Source of the DNA: Pedobacter sp.
GTDB taxonomy: Bacteria; Desulfobacterota; Desulfuromonadia; Desulfuromonadales; Syntrophotaleaceae
Assembly: GCA_050253415.1 (NCBI GenBank)
Contig: JBFWJC010000002.1
Coordinates: forward strand, 741,567-805,566
Length of the DNA stretch: 64,000 nucleotides
Direction: 5' to 3'
The notes beneath the pieces were generated by a model. It did no database searches. It was not told the origin of the DNA and was given only the letters and a program-made list of their open reading frames with translations. The translations under genes were made by a program, and so were the position numbers. Positions within the stretch are counted from its first letter, which is position 1, and each line of letters begins with the position of its first letter. Positions 1 through 8,838 of the stretch are shown one piece after another.

Positions 1-2
1 GT

Positions 3-719
3 TGGCAGGCACCCTGCGAGTTGCAGACTCCTTCGGTGTCGCAAGGTGTCGGGGTTCTTTCCGACGCTCCGATTCTGCTTCAGGTGCGGGATCTGACTTT
101 TATGGGGTATGGGGATAAGCCGGTTTGGGATGGCGTTTCCTTTGACATCAGGCGCGGGCAGTGTGTCGTTATAACGGGCATGAACGGAACGGGAAAGACC
201 ACTCTTTTGCGAGTGCTTGCCGGGTTTCTCAAGCCGGGAAGCGGCAATATCCGGATCTTCAATGCCGAACCGGATCCCCGTTTGTTGCGTCGCAGGCTGG
301 GGTGCCTGTTTCAGAATCCCCATAAACAGATTTTTGAAAACACCGTGCGCGAGGAGATTGCCTTTCCCTTGAAACGATTCGGTTGGCCTTCGGAAGAACG
401 TACCGCCCGTATCGAAGAGACCCTACGTCTGTGCGGTATTGAAAATCTCATCGACGATTCGCCGCATAAACTCAGTTACGGTCAAAAACACCTGGTGGCT
501 ATTGCTTCGGTATTGGCACCTGCTCCGGAGATGCTTTTAATGGATGATCCCTTTGCCGGTCTTGACGGTGCGCGCCAGCGGGATGTGATGAGGGTTCTGG
601 CCGACTGGAACAGGGAACAGGGAGTCACCTTGGTGATGACGTCGCACGACCCCGATCAAATTCCGGTCTTGGCCGACGGTCATTTGCATATCGAAGGGGG
701 CCACATTGGCTGGCAATAG
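3..719 (+). CDS. ECF-type transporter ATPase (EcfA/CbiO family), 5'-truncated by the window edge
   Basis: Walker A GMNGTGKT, Q-loop LFQNP..QIF, signature LSYGQK, Walker B LLMDDP, H-loop SHD. The frame is open from base 3, so the true start is probably upstream (possibly the second domain of a duplicated ATPase). Confidence 0.85.
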   Translation, partial: WQAPCELQTPSVSQGVGVLSDAPILLQVRDLTFMGYGDKPVWDGVSFDIRRGQCVVITGMNGTGKTTLLRVLAGFLKPGSGNIRIFNAEPDPRLLRRRLGCLFQNPHKQIFENTVREEIAFPLKRFGWPSEERTARIEETLRLCGIENLIDDSPHKLSYGQKHLVAIASVLAPAPEMLLMDDPFAGLDGARQRDVMRVLADWNREQGVTLVMTSHDPDQIPVLADGHLHIEGGHIGWQ

Positions 720-1407
720 TTTTTTGCGTATGCACGGGGCGTTGGCCCATGGCCAGCGTCGAGACGACGGCCCCGAAAAGTCCGACAGGGGGCTGCCCTT
801 GCCGGTGGGTGTCAAGATGCTGCTGGCGTTAACCCTTTCCTGTGGGGCTTTTGTGGCCCGTACCGGAACATTTCTCGGGGGACTTACCGCCGTCAATGCG
901 CTGGTCTTTTTGCTGCTCCGCCCACAGGGCCTGTCCTGGTGGCGGCAAGGGAGATATTTTCTGGTTCAATCCTCCACCGTCATGGTGCTTTATATTATTC
1001 GGTTCCGATCTCTGTCAGGAGTATGGGACGGACTCTTGATTTCCTGGCAGCTTTTTCTGGCCTTTTGGCCGACCATGGTTTTCGCCAAAACCACTTCGCA
1101 AACGAAGATTGTGCGTGCCATGAATCGCGTCATACCGAGCCGTATGTCGTTCGTGCTGGCCACCTGTCTTAAATTCGCGCCGCACTTGCTGGAAGAAGTG
1201 CGGGACATTTACGAAGGGCAGGTATTGCGCGGTGCCAGGATCCTGCCTAAAGATCTGGTAAAACCGTCGAATTGGCCCGACCTTATGCATTGTGTTGTAG
1301 TGCCGGCCGTTGTGCAGGGGATGGCTCTGGCCAGCAATATTGCTCTGGCGGCGCGTGCACGCGATTTTGGACTGTACCGCAGGCGTACCTGTTGGCCTGG
1401 GGAATAA
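706..1407 (+). CDS. ecfT: ECF transporter transmembrane component T (EcfT/CbiQ family)
   Basis: Multi-TM protein with coupling-helix motifs Q.LRG and ALAARARDF; TTG start after AAGGGGG; overlaps the ATPase gene. Confidence 0.75.
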   Translation: MAGNSFLRMHGALAHGQRRDDGPEKSDRGLPLPVGVKMLLALTLSCGAFVARTGTFLGGLTAVNALVFLLLRPQGLSWWRQGRYFLVQSSTVMVLYIIRFRSLSGVWDGLLISWQLFLAFWPTMVFAKTTSQTKIVRAMNRVIPSRMSFVLATCLKFAPHLLEEVRDIYEGQVLRGARILPKDLVKPSNWPDLMHCVVVPAVVQGMALASNIALAARARDFGLYRRRTCWPGE

Positions 1408-1435
1408 TTTGCCGGCTCCCAAGGAGTTTTGTCGC

Positions 1436-1990
1436 ATGGTCAAGTCGTTTGTGGCGCGTTTTTCAGACAGTTTTCGCTTGCCTCTCAAGGATGCCTTGTT
1501 TCTTGGTTTTTGCGCTGTGTTTGCGGTGCTGGTGCGGGTTGTCCTGCGACTGCATCTGAGCATCTCCGGGCACGCCATGATTATCAAGATTTTCTTTTTG
1601 ATGTTGGGCAGGGCGAGCACTCCCTGTCGCTACGGTGCCAGTTTTACGGCGCTGCTGGCTGGGACGGCAGCCATGTTTCTCGGGTTTGCCAAGGCTGGTC
1701 CATTTATAGTCGTCAAATACCTGATGGCGGGTGTGATTATTGACCTTTCGGCCTATTTCCTGCCGGTACTGTTTAGCAGCTATGTCTTGTGTGCCCTGGT
1801 GGCGGCAGTGGCATCGTCCACCAAGTTCGCTACCGCCTACGCAGTTAATGCCATGGTTGGTATGGATCCGGTGGTAAATATGCAGCGATCCCTTCTGGAA
1901 GCGACGGGTGCAGTGATTTTTGGCGTCATCGGTGGTTTGCTGGTGCCGATGGTTGTGCGACGTCTCAAGGCTTACGGCGTTATTCGATAG
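1436..1990 (+). CDS. Putative ECF substrate-specific (S) component
   Basis: About 184 aa with 5-6 hydrophobic helices, directly after ecfA-ecfT. Start moved to ATG 1436 behind AAGGAG (1421-1426). Confidence 0.65.
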   Translation: MVKSFVARFSDSFRLPLKDALFLGFCAVFAVLVRVVLRLHLSISGHAMIIKIFFLMLGRASTPCRYGASFTALLAGTAAMFLGFAKAGPFIVVKYLMAGVIIDLSAYFLPVLFSSYVLCALVAAVASSTKFATAYAVNAMVGMDPVVNMQRSLLEATGAVIFGVIGGLLVPMVVRRLKAYGVIR

Positions 1991-2030
1991 GCAGAGAACA
2001 GGGCAGCCTGCGAGCTGCCGGGAGTGAGTA

Positions 2031-2774
2031 ATGATGAAAATTCTTGTATGTATCGACGACACGGATAATCTCGAATCACGCGGCACCGGTGATCTGGCGA
2101 CGGAACTCGCCGAAGAACTCGAAAATCGTGGTTGGGGGCGCAGTAGCTTTGTGACCCGTCATCAATTGCTGGTGCACCCCGATGTGCCTTACACGTCGCA
2201 CAATAGCTCCATGTGTTTTGAGGCGGAGATCGATCCTGCTTATCTGGAGTCGCTGATTTCCTACGCCGGAGAGTATCTGGAGAGAGAAAGTGCCACCGGT
2301 TCCGATCCTGGCCTGTGTGTTACTGTCTTGGAACGCCTGGCGGAACCGCAAGCGATGGTAGATTTCGGGCGCAGTGCCAAAGAAACGGTGCTTAACAAAA
2401 AAATGGCCTATGACCTGGCAGAGAAGTTAGGTGTGCACCTTTCCGAGCATGGCGGTACCGGGCAGGGCGTGGTCGGTGCATTGGCCGGTATCGGCCTGAG
2501 GATGAGTGGCAAGGACGGGCGCATGAAAGGCTGGTTGAAAATCAGCACCGATAACGGGCTGGCCCGGGTAGGCGATATCTTGGATGAGGTAGATCTGCGG
2601 GGTGTTCGCACCATGGCCGGCGAGGTGCTTGGCCACGAAGAAATCGTAGCCGTTGATGACAAACCGAAAGCGGTCATGGTCGATGGTGGCACTTATTTGA
2701 TGGTGTCGCCGGTGGATAATGGTGACGGGGTACGCTGGCGCACCACTCCGCGGCAGCAACTCAAGCGGTTTTGA
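2031..2774 (+). CDS. TiaS-like protein (N-terminal catalytic region of the agmatidine synthetase family only); function unknown
   Basis: Motifs IDDTD, PYTSHNS, SDPG and GQGVVGALA parallel TiaS GIDDTD, PYKTRGN, NPG and GRGxIGALA. At 247 aa it has no OB or Zn-ribbon region. Confidence 0.65.
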   Translation: MMKILVCIDDTDNLESRGTGDLATELAEELENRGWGRSSFVTRHQLLVHPDVPYTSHNSSMCFEAEIDPAYLESLISYAGEYLERESATGSDPGLCVTVLERLAEPQAMVDFGRSAKETVLNKKMAYDLAEKLGVHLSEHGGTGQGVVGALAGIGLRMSGKDGRMKGWLKISTDNGLARVGDILDEVDLRGVRTMAGEVLGHEEIVAVDDKPKAVMVDGGTYLMVSPVDNGDGVRWRTTPRQQLKRF

Positions 2775-2784
2775 GGAGGACGCC

Positions 2785-2988
2785 ATGTGGCATAGCAATA
2801 AACACGGAGAACGCGAATTCCGCCATGGCCAGGAAGCCTATAGCCTTGCCGCGGATCAAGCCGGGGCTTGCCATCACTTTTGCCCCGACGTGGAGGAGGA
2901 ATGGGCTACCGATGACGAGCGTTCCTGCTACAACTGCCGGCTAAGACGCTGGACAGTTGCCTCATTCCTTTGCATGCGGCCAGCCTGA
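2785..2988 (+). CDS. Small Cys-rich hypothetical protein (67 aa)
   Basis: ATG 2785 behind a strong GAGGAGG RBS; C-x3-C...CYNC-RLRRW...C motif; fills the operon gap. Confidence 0.7.
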   Translation: MWHSNKHGEREFRHGQEAYSLAADQAGACHHFCPDVEEEWATDDERSCYNCRLRRWTVASFLCMRPA

Positions 2989-3017
2989 TCGTTGTTATGA
3001 ACCATATAGGGGGATCC

Positions 3018-3833
3018 ATGTACACAAGACTGCTGATGGCTGTAATAGTTATGCTGCTGGGCGCCGGGTGGTCGGCGGCGGAGGATTGGGTTCAGGAAAG
3101 TCCGGGACAAAAAGCATACTACGACGCAGATGGCAACTTGGTACGGGTGCTGCTCGACACGGATGGCGACAAAAGGTTCGAAACCGAAGAACTTTACGGG
3201 GGGCGGCGTCTTTCCCGGCGCGAAGATCGGGACGGAGACGGCGTCTGGGAGCGCCAGTTCTCCTGGCAGAAGGATGGTTCGGCCATCCTGGTGGAGGACC
3301 GGGGTAAAGGGGCCAGGCAGACAACCTGGTTCGATTCCCGGGGTACCATGATTAAGGTGGAAAAAGATAAGGATCGCGACGGATGCCCTGAAACCACCTG
3401 GCATTATGAAAGGGGAGTGTTGCGGGAGGTTGTCAAAGCCCGTGGTACCTGGTTTTATAAGGATGGCCAGATGATTCATGCCGAAATCGATACAGATCGT
3501 GATGGCCGGATCGATCGTAAGGAATATTATAGGCAGGGTCATCTGGATCGCGCAGAGGAGATGAATGCTTCCGGCAAGGTCCGCTGCGTGTGGACCTTTG
3601 ATACAAGCGGCAGGCCGTTGCGGGCTGAAGAGGATGCCAACGGCGACGGGCGCAGGGAGACCACCCGCGTTTATCAAAAGGATGGCTCCCAGAGCATGAC
3701 CGTGGATGCTGATGGAAACGGTACACCCGAACTTCGAGAACATTATTCGGCAAAAGGGCGGATGATCAGTCGCGAAGAAGATCTGGACGGCGACGGTGTA
3801 TTTGATTTGCGCACCGGACGCGTTAAGGAGTAA
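3018..3833 (+). CDS. Secreted/periplasmic repeat protein with multiple DxDxDG (Ca-binding-like) loops
   Basis: Signal peptide MYTRLLMAVIVMLLGAGWSAA; DTDGDK, DRDGDG, DKDRDG, DTDRDG, DANGDG, DADGNG, DLDGDG; AGGGGG RBS before ATG 3018. Confidence 0.75.
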   Translation: MYTRLLMAVIVMLLGAGWSAAEDWVQESPGQKAYYDADGNLVRVLLDTDGDKRFETEELYGGRRLSRREDRDGDGVWERQFSWQKDGSAILVEDRGKGARQTTWFDSRGTMIKVEKDKDRDGCPETTWHYERGVLREVVKARGTWFYKDGQMIHAEIDTDRDGRIDRKEYYRQGHLDRAEEMNASGKVRCVWTFDTSGRPLRAEEDANGDGRRETTRVYQKDGSQSMTVDADGNGTPELREHYSAKGRMISREEDLDGDGVFDLRTGRVKE

Positions 3834-3838
3834 GGAAC

Positions 3839-4543
3839 ATGCAGAGCTGGGTTGCTTTTATGGAAAAAGCCGGTCCCATCGGGATCACTATTCTTTTCTG
3901 TTCGGTGATCGCACTGTTTATCATCATCGAACGGGTCCTGGCCTACCGGTCGCTCCGGTTGAAAGACCCGCGCCTGTTTCATCGTTTGCGCAAACGGGCG
4001 CAAGAAGGTCAGTTTTCCGAGGCCGCCACCATGGTCAGGGATGAGCGCCATCCCTGGGCGGTGGCCATGACAGAGGTTCTGGCACGCCTTGACAGTAAGA
4101 CCCGCGCTACCGGTCGCACCGAGCTGGAAAAAACCTTCGCCCATGCCGCGACGCGCGAAGTGCGCAAGATGGAACGCTTTCTCCCCACCCTGTATCTTAT
4201 CGCCAGTATCTCGCCGTTGCTCGGTCTGCTTGGCACGGTGGCGGGCATGATCAAGGCTTTTCAGGCCATTGAAAACCTCGGCGGTAAAGTCGATTCATCG
4301 GTGCTGGCGGGGGGGATATGGGAAGCGATGTTGACCACTGCTCTTGGCCTCGGGGTGGCTATCCCGGCCATGGTGGCGCATAACTACCTGCAAGGTAAAG
4401 TGCATGCCATGGTGGCCGATATGAAGGAAGAAACCGGAGTTTTTCTCGACGCCCTCGAAGATACCGGGCAGCTCGGAGTCAACAAGGATAAAGGTCTGGC
4501 TTCGGTTCATTCCGTGCCCGGTGCTGGCAGGGAGGCTCGATAA
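3839..4543 (+). CDS. exbB: ExbB/TolQ/MotA family proton channel
   Basis: SPLLGLLGTVAGMIKAF and AGGIWEAMLTTALGLGVAIPA motifs. Confidence 0.9.
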   Translation: MQSWVAFMEKAGPIGITILFCSVIALFIIIERVLAYRSLRLKDPRLFHRLRKRAQEGQFSEAATMVRDERHPWAVAMTEVLARLDSKTRATGRTELEKTFAHAATREVRKMERFLPTLYLIASISPLLGLLGTVAGMIKAFQAIENLGGKVDSSVLAGGIWEAMLTTALGLGVAIPAMVAHNYLQGKVHAMVADMKEETGVFLDALEDTGQLGVNKDKGLASVHSVPGAGREAR

Positions 4544-4944
4544 TGGATATCCCGGTTCGCTCCCAGACGACGGGGTTGAACCTGACCCCTCTTATCGATA
4601 TCGTATTCCTGCTGCTGGTTTTTTTTCTGCTTACCACGCAATTTATAGAGGAAGACGGCATCGGTGTGCGGCTGCCGGCGGCCACCGCCAGCACTACCCG
4701 CGAGAAGGACGAGATTGCGGTGGCCATCACGCGTGATGGGAAGTTGTTTGTCGCAGGTCAGCCACTGCCGTTATCCGACCTCGAGCAGAAGCTGCGCAGC
4801 CTGCTCGGGGCTGACACAACGGTTGTTATCCGCGGAGACCGGGATGTCCCTTTGCAGACAGCGGTTTCTGTCATGGAGCGATCCAAGAAAGCTGGGGCAG
4901 TGCGTATTGTCGTTGCAACGCTTGAAGAAGCAGGCTCGCCGTGA
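4543..4944 (+). CDS. exbD: ExbD/TolR family protein
   Basis: LNLTPLIDIVFLLLVFF motif; IRGDRDVP; 1-nt overlap with exbB. Confidence 0.9.
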   Translation: MDIPVRSQTTGLNLTPLIDIVFLLLVFFLLTTQFIEEDGIGVRLPAATASTTREKDEIAVAITRDGKLFVAGQPLPLSDLEQKLRSLLGADTTVVIRGDRDVPLQTAVSVMERSKKAGAVRIVVATLEEAGSP

Positions 4945-5681
4945 AGACCTCTCGCACATGGATGGCCCTGGGCACATCTCTCACTATACATATAGGCCTG
5001 GTGCTGGTCCTCGGTATGGGATTGATGCAACCCCATCGGGTGGTCAATCGCATAGAGGTCAATCTCGAGGGGGCCGCAGTACCCAGCAGGCCGCCGGGAG
5101 TGCAAGCTCCGTCGCCCGTTGCCGGTCCGGAAATGCCTAACTCCGCATCCCTGCCGACGTCGACGTCGGTCGCTCCGCATCTGTCTTTGAAGGCACCTTC
5201 TGTCGTTGCACCGGCTCCGGCCAATTTCGATGATGATGGAGCGCTTCCGCCGCCGGTTGCCGGAGGGGTGCCTGGGCCCATCGGTGTACCTCTGCATGCC
5301 GTGAGTGGGGGCGGCATGGACGGGGCGGGTTCGGGTAGCGGTCCCGGTGTAGCCGGAGGTGGGCAAGGTCGGCAGGGAGCAGGACCTTCATCCGCATTGG
5401 CCGGCTATCTCAATGCCATAAGGGCCCGCGTGGATGCCGCTAAGCGTTACCCTCAGATGGCCCAGCAGCGTCGCCTGGAAGGAGTTGTTGTCGTAACCTT
5501 CCGGTTGACCTTCGATGGTCGATTAATGGGTGAGCCTCTGGTCACCAGGAGCTCAGGTTCAAAGCAGCTCGATAGGGCCGCGTTGCTGGCGGTGCGACGT
5601 GGTGCTCCTTATCCTTCCTTTCCATTGAATCCGAAGGATATGAAAGCGCTCGAAATTCCGGTGAAGTTTTTCCTGCGCTGA
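4941..5681 (+). CDS. tonB: TonB family energy transducer
   Basis: N-terminal TM with SxxxH (SLTIH), Pro/Gly-rich linker, C-terminal YP..A....EG.V.V.F...SSG...LD.AA domain. Confidence 0.85.
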   Translation: MKTSRTWMALGTSLTIHIGLVLVLGMGLMQPHRVVNRIEVNLEGAAVPSRPPGVQAPSPVAGPEMPNSASLPTSTSVAPHLSLKAPSVVAPAPANFDDDGALPPPVAGGVPGPIGVPLHAVSGGGMDGAGSGSGPGVAGGGQGRQGAGPSSALAGYLNAIRARVDAAKRYPQMAQQRRLEGVVVVTFRLTFDGRLMGEPLVTRSSGSKQLDRAALLAVRRGAPYPSFPLNPKDMKALEIPVKFFLR

Positions 5682-5715
5682 GCAGGGGGGCTTATCTGTG
5701 AGTCGGTTAAACTGG

Positions 5716-5744
5716 AAAATCCGCAATTAATTGCGGATTTTTTT
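5716..5744 (+). terminator. Intrinsic terminator after tonB
   Basis: Perfect palindrome AAAATCCGCAATT/AATTGCGGATTTT ending in a T-run. Confidence 0.75.
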
Positions 5745-5834
5745 GTTTAATAGAGAGACAAGTAGCGGATTTTTCGTATGCTATGGACATAAGCGTCAAC
5801 ACGCTCCCCAACTTCTCTAGCGAAGGGCTAAGGC

Positions 5835-7079
5835 ATGGGAAAGCATGCAGCATCCACTCTGGTGGGGATGGACGAAAATGTGCAGTTACCGGTAGAGAGT
5901 CTGCCGGCGCAGCACTGGGATGTGATTATTGTCGGAGCAGGACCGGCGGGCTGTGTTGCGGCCATAGAACTGGCCGGGATGGGGCACCGCGTATTGCTGG
6001 CCGACCGGGATTGGTTTCCGCGCGATAAAGTTTGCGGTGACGGACTTACCCCGGGTGCCATCCGGATTCTGCGGCGTTTGGGGCTTTATGATACGGTAAG
6101 AAAAGTTGGACGACACTGCTCGGAGATGAGTGTCTTCAGTCCGGCACATGTTCGTATCGATGTGCCGGGAGACTATATAACCGTAAGGCGCAAAATTCTT
6201 GATCAGCTAATGGTTCGCAAGGCACTTGCTGCCGGGGTGACTTTTGTTCGGGGCACGGCCGATATTCTGGAATCGCAAGCTGATAGCAAAGCAAACGTGC
6301 ACTTTGGTGAAGGTCAGGCGGTGCACACCGCAGAATGTTGTCTGTTGGCGACCGGAGGACGGCTGGCTCTGGCGCAAAGAGCGGGCCTGGTGACGCATCC
6401 AGTTGCCAGCGGAGCAGCGGTTCGTTGTTATATTCGCTCACGTATATCTCTTGATCGACTGGTCGTTGCCTGCGAACGCAATATTCTGCCTGGTTACGCC
6501 TGGATCTTTCCTGTCGACAAGGATCTGTTCAATGTTGGCTGTGGTCGCTTCATGTACGGCCGCAACGAAAAGCATGTCAGCCTTCGAAAAGTCTTTGCGG
6601 CTTTTGTCGACGAATTTCCTCTGGCCCGGGAACTTTTGAGCCAGGGCGCAATCGAAACGCCTTTGAAAGGCGGTGTTCTTCGCAGTGGCTGGCAGCAGGC
6701 GGGACCAATGGCCCGCGGGCCTTTTTTAGGCATGGGGGAAATGGTCGGTACAACCTCGCCTTACACCGGTGAAGGTATAGGCAAGGCCATGCAAAGTGGT
6801 GTTCTGTCAGCCAGGCTTGTGCATCGGTGTCTTCTTAAAGGGGAGATGTCCGCATTGCGGCGTTACCCGGAATATCTTCAACAGCTTGGGGGGTTGCATT
6901 ACGAAGGGTTCAAGCGTACCCGTCGTTGGTTTTTGCAGCCCTGGTTGGTCGACTTTTTTGCTCGTCGCATAAACAGAAGTCCCTACCTGTACGAAACTTT
7001 CAAAGGTATTCTCCAGGAAAAAAACGACCCCGCGCAGGTCTTCTCCTGCCGCGGGGTTTGGCGTTCTCTTTGGCACTGA
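5835..7079 (+). CDS. Geranylgeranyl reductase family FAD-dependent oxidoreductase
   Basis: DVIIVGAGPAG, FPRDKVCGDGL, GYAWIFP, SPYTGEGI motifs; start uncertain. Confidence 0.85.
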   Translation: MGKHAASTLVGMDENVQLPVESLPAQHWDVIIVGAGPAGCVAAIELAGMGHRVLLADRDWFPRDKVCGDGLTPGAIRILRRLGLYDTVRKVGRHCSEMSVFSPAHVRIDVPGDYITVRRKILDQLMVRKALAAGVTFVRGTADILESQADSKANVHFGEGQAVHTAECCLLATGGRLALAQRAGLVTHPVASGAAVRCYIRSRISLDRLVVACERNILPGYAWIFPVDKDLFNVGCGRFMYGRNEKHVSLRKVFAAFVDEFPLARELLSQGAIETPLKGGVLRSGWQQAGPMARGPFLGMGEMVGTTSPYTGEGIGKAMQSGVLSARLVHRCLLKGEMSALRRYPEYLQQLGGLHYEGFKRTRRWFLQPWLVDFFARRINRSPYLYETFKGILQEKNDPAQVFSCRGVWRSLWH

Positions 7080-7114
7080 TACCTTGGCGTCATCTCCATT
7101 ATCTTCTGATGCTC

Positions 7115-8245
7115 TCAGTGAAGAGAATTTCCCTGATTCAATGAACGTATCTGGGCTTCCGTGTAGTCGTCAAACCAGTATGCTTGCGGATTACGTTTGA
7201 ACGCCAGGAGTTCATCGAGTCTCTGTCTGGAGTCTGCCGGGCGGTGATAGCGGAAAAAAATCTGATCCTTTGTCAGGCCTGCAACCTCAATTTTACCGGT
7301 AACATGAGACATGGCGTACCGACTGCGGCGAGCGAGCCCGGAGCAGGCTTTGAGGGCCTCGGCAAAAACTCCATAGCCTTTTTCGATGGGGACGGTGTAG
7401 GCGGCATTGCCTTCAGTGGGGCGGCATTGGAAAACATAGTAGGGCGCAATGCCGAGATATGACAATTCGTTGAGCAACTTCGATAAAACTCTGGGGTTAT
7501 CATTGACGCCTTGGATCATGGGCGTCTGATGCATGATACTCACTCCGCATTTTTGTATCTGGTCCAGTGCGCGCCGTGCTTCGGGTGTCAGTTCCCTGGG
7601 GTGATTGAACTGCGCCATAAGGTAGATCCGTCGATCAGACAAACTATGGGTTTTGAACATCTGCAGAAGTTCCGGATCATCCAGAATGCGAAAAGGATTA
7701 AAGGCAAGCATTTTGGTGCCTATGCGAATGATCCGCACGTGATCGATAGCGCGCAACTGCTCGATTATTTCCGTCAGTTTGTGCGTTGAAAGGAGCAGAG
7801 GATCCCCTCCTGTAACAAGCACATTATTGATTTCAGGGTGTTTGCGAATGTATTCCAACCCACCGGAAACATCCCTTGCCACTTCCTGATTGTCCTCCAT
7901 AAAAAGGCGCTTGCGAAAACAGAACCTGCATAAAGCTCCGCAGACATCGCTCACCAGCAGTACCGCCGTGTCGGCATATTTGTGCTCAAGTCCCGGAGCT
8001 TTGGCATAATGAGATTCGCCGGATGCGTCAAGAGCCCCCCAGGGTTCAAGCTCGTCCGTACTGGGAATAACAATGCGGCGAATAGGATCCTTTGGGTCAT
8101 CCCAGTCGATGAGTGATTGGTAGTACCCGTTAGTCCGGAAAGCATAGCGTTCTTCGACAACGCGCAGATTCTGACGCTGCTTATCGCTCAATGCTTCCAG
8201 TTCAGGAATCTGATCAATGCTTGTGATGTACTTCCTGTAGCTCAT
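7115..8245 (-). CDS. KamA-family radical SAM enzyme (aminomutase-like)
   Basis: GLEHKY, CGALCRFCFRKR (CxxxCxxC), TGGDPL, FNHPREL, GVNDN, PYYVFQC; AAGGAGGA RBS. Confidence 0.85.
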   Translation of the reverse strand: MSYRKYITSIDQIPELEALSDKQRQNLRVVEERYAFRTNGYYQSLIDWDDPKDPIRRIVIPSTDELEPWGALDASGESHYAKAPGLEHKYADTAVLLVSDVCGALCRFCFRKRLFMEDNQEVARDVSGGLEYIRKHPEINNVLVTGGDPLLLSTHKLTEIIEQLRAIDHVRIIRIGTKMLAFNPFRILDDPELLQMFKTHSLSDRRIYLMAQFNHPRELTPEARRALDQIQKCGVSIMHQTPMIQGVNDNPRVLSKLLNELSYLGIAPYYVFQCRPTEGNAAYTVPIEKGYGVFAEALKACSGLARRSRYAMSHVTGKIEVAGLTKDQIFFRYHRPADSRQRLDELLAFKRNPQAYWFDDYTEAQIRSLNQGNSLH

Positions 8246-8838
8246 GCGTCCTCCTTTCCCATAATATTACCGGCTCAAAATGGGGGCAGGTGTACCTTGT
8301 CCTCGAGATAATCGAGCATATAAGGCTGGGCCTTGAAAATAGGCACTGCACACCGGCAAAGGGGAATTCGTGGTGTTGGTAGAATGAAAACTGCGGAACG
8401 TTTTTGAAAGTGGCTTACTGATTCGAGGTGTTGTGTTTAATTGCGATCCCAGCGTTTTTATGGCTTGATTTCAGCTATTGTGGCTGATTTTGTTTTATAG
8501 AGCATAACACGGTTTTTTAAGTTAATCAACATCTTGCTTCTATCTTGTTTTTCAATATATCACTTGCTGAAATTGTCAGAAAAATAAGCCTAATTTTATT
8601 TTTTATCGGTTTGCCTGATAAAAATATATTTTATGTAGCCTTTTTTGGATTATGCATACACATGTTGGGGAATGGTGACCTGGGTTTGGTATTTATTTCG
8701 ATGGGTTGTGCAAAGGGGGTAGGGTCCTTCACTTTTTTGCGAGATATTTTCAAAACAACAAAATTAGACACCAAAATAGGTTCTCCAGGGTTATTTTTGG
8801 TAAGTAATGGTAAGGTATTTATTATTTTATGAAGCCTA

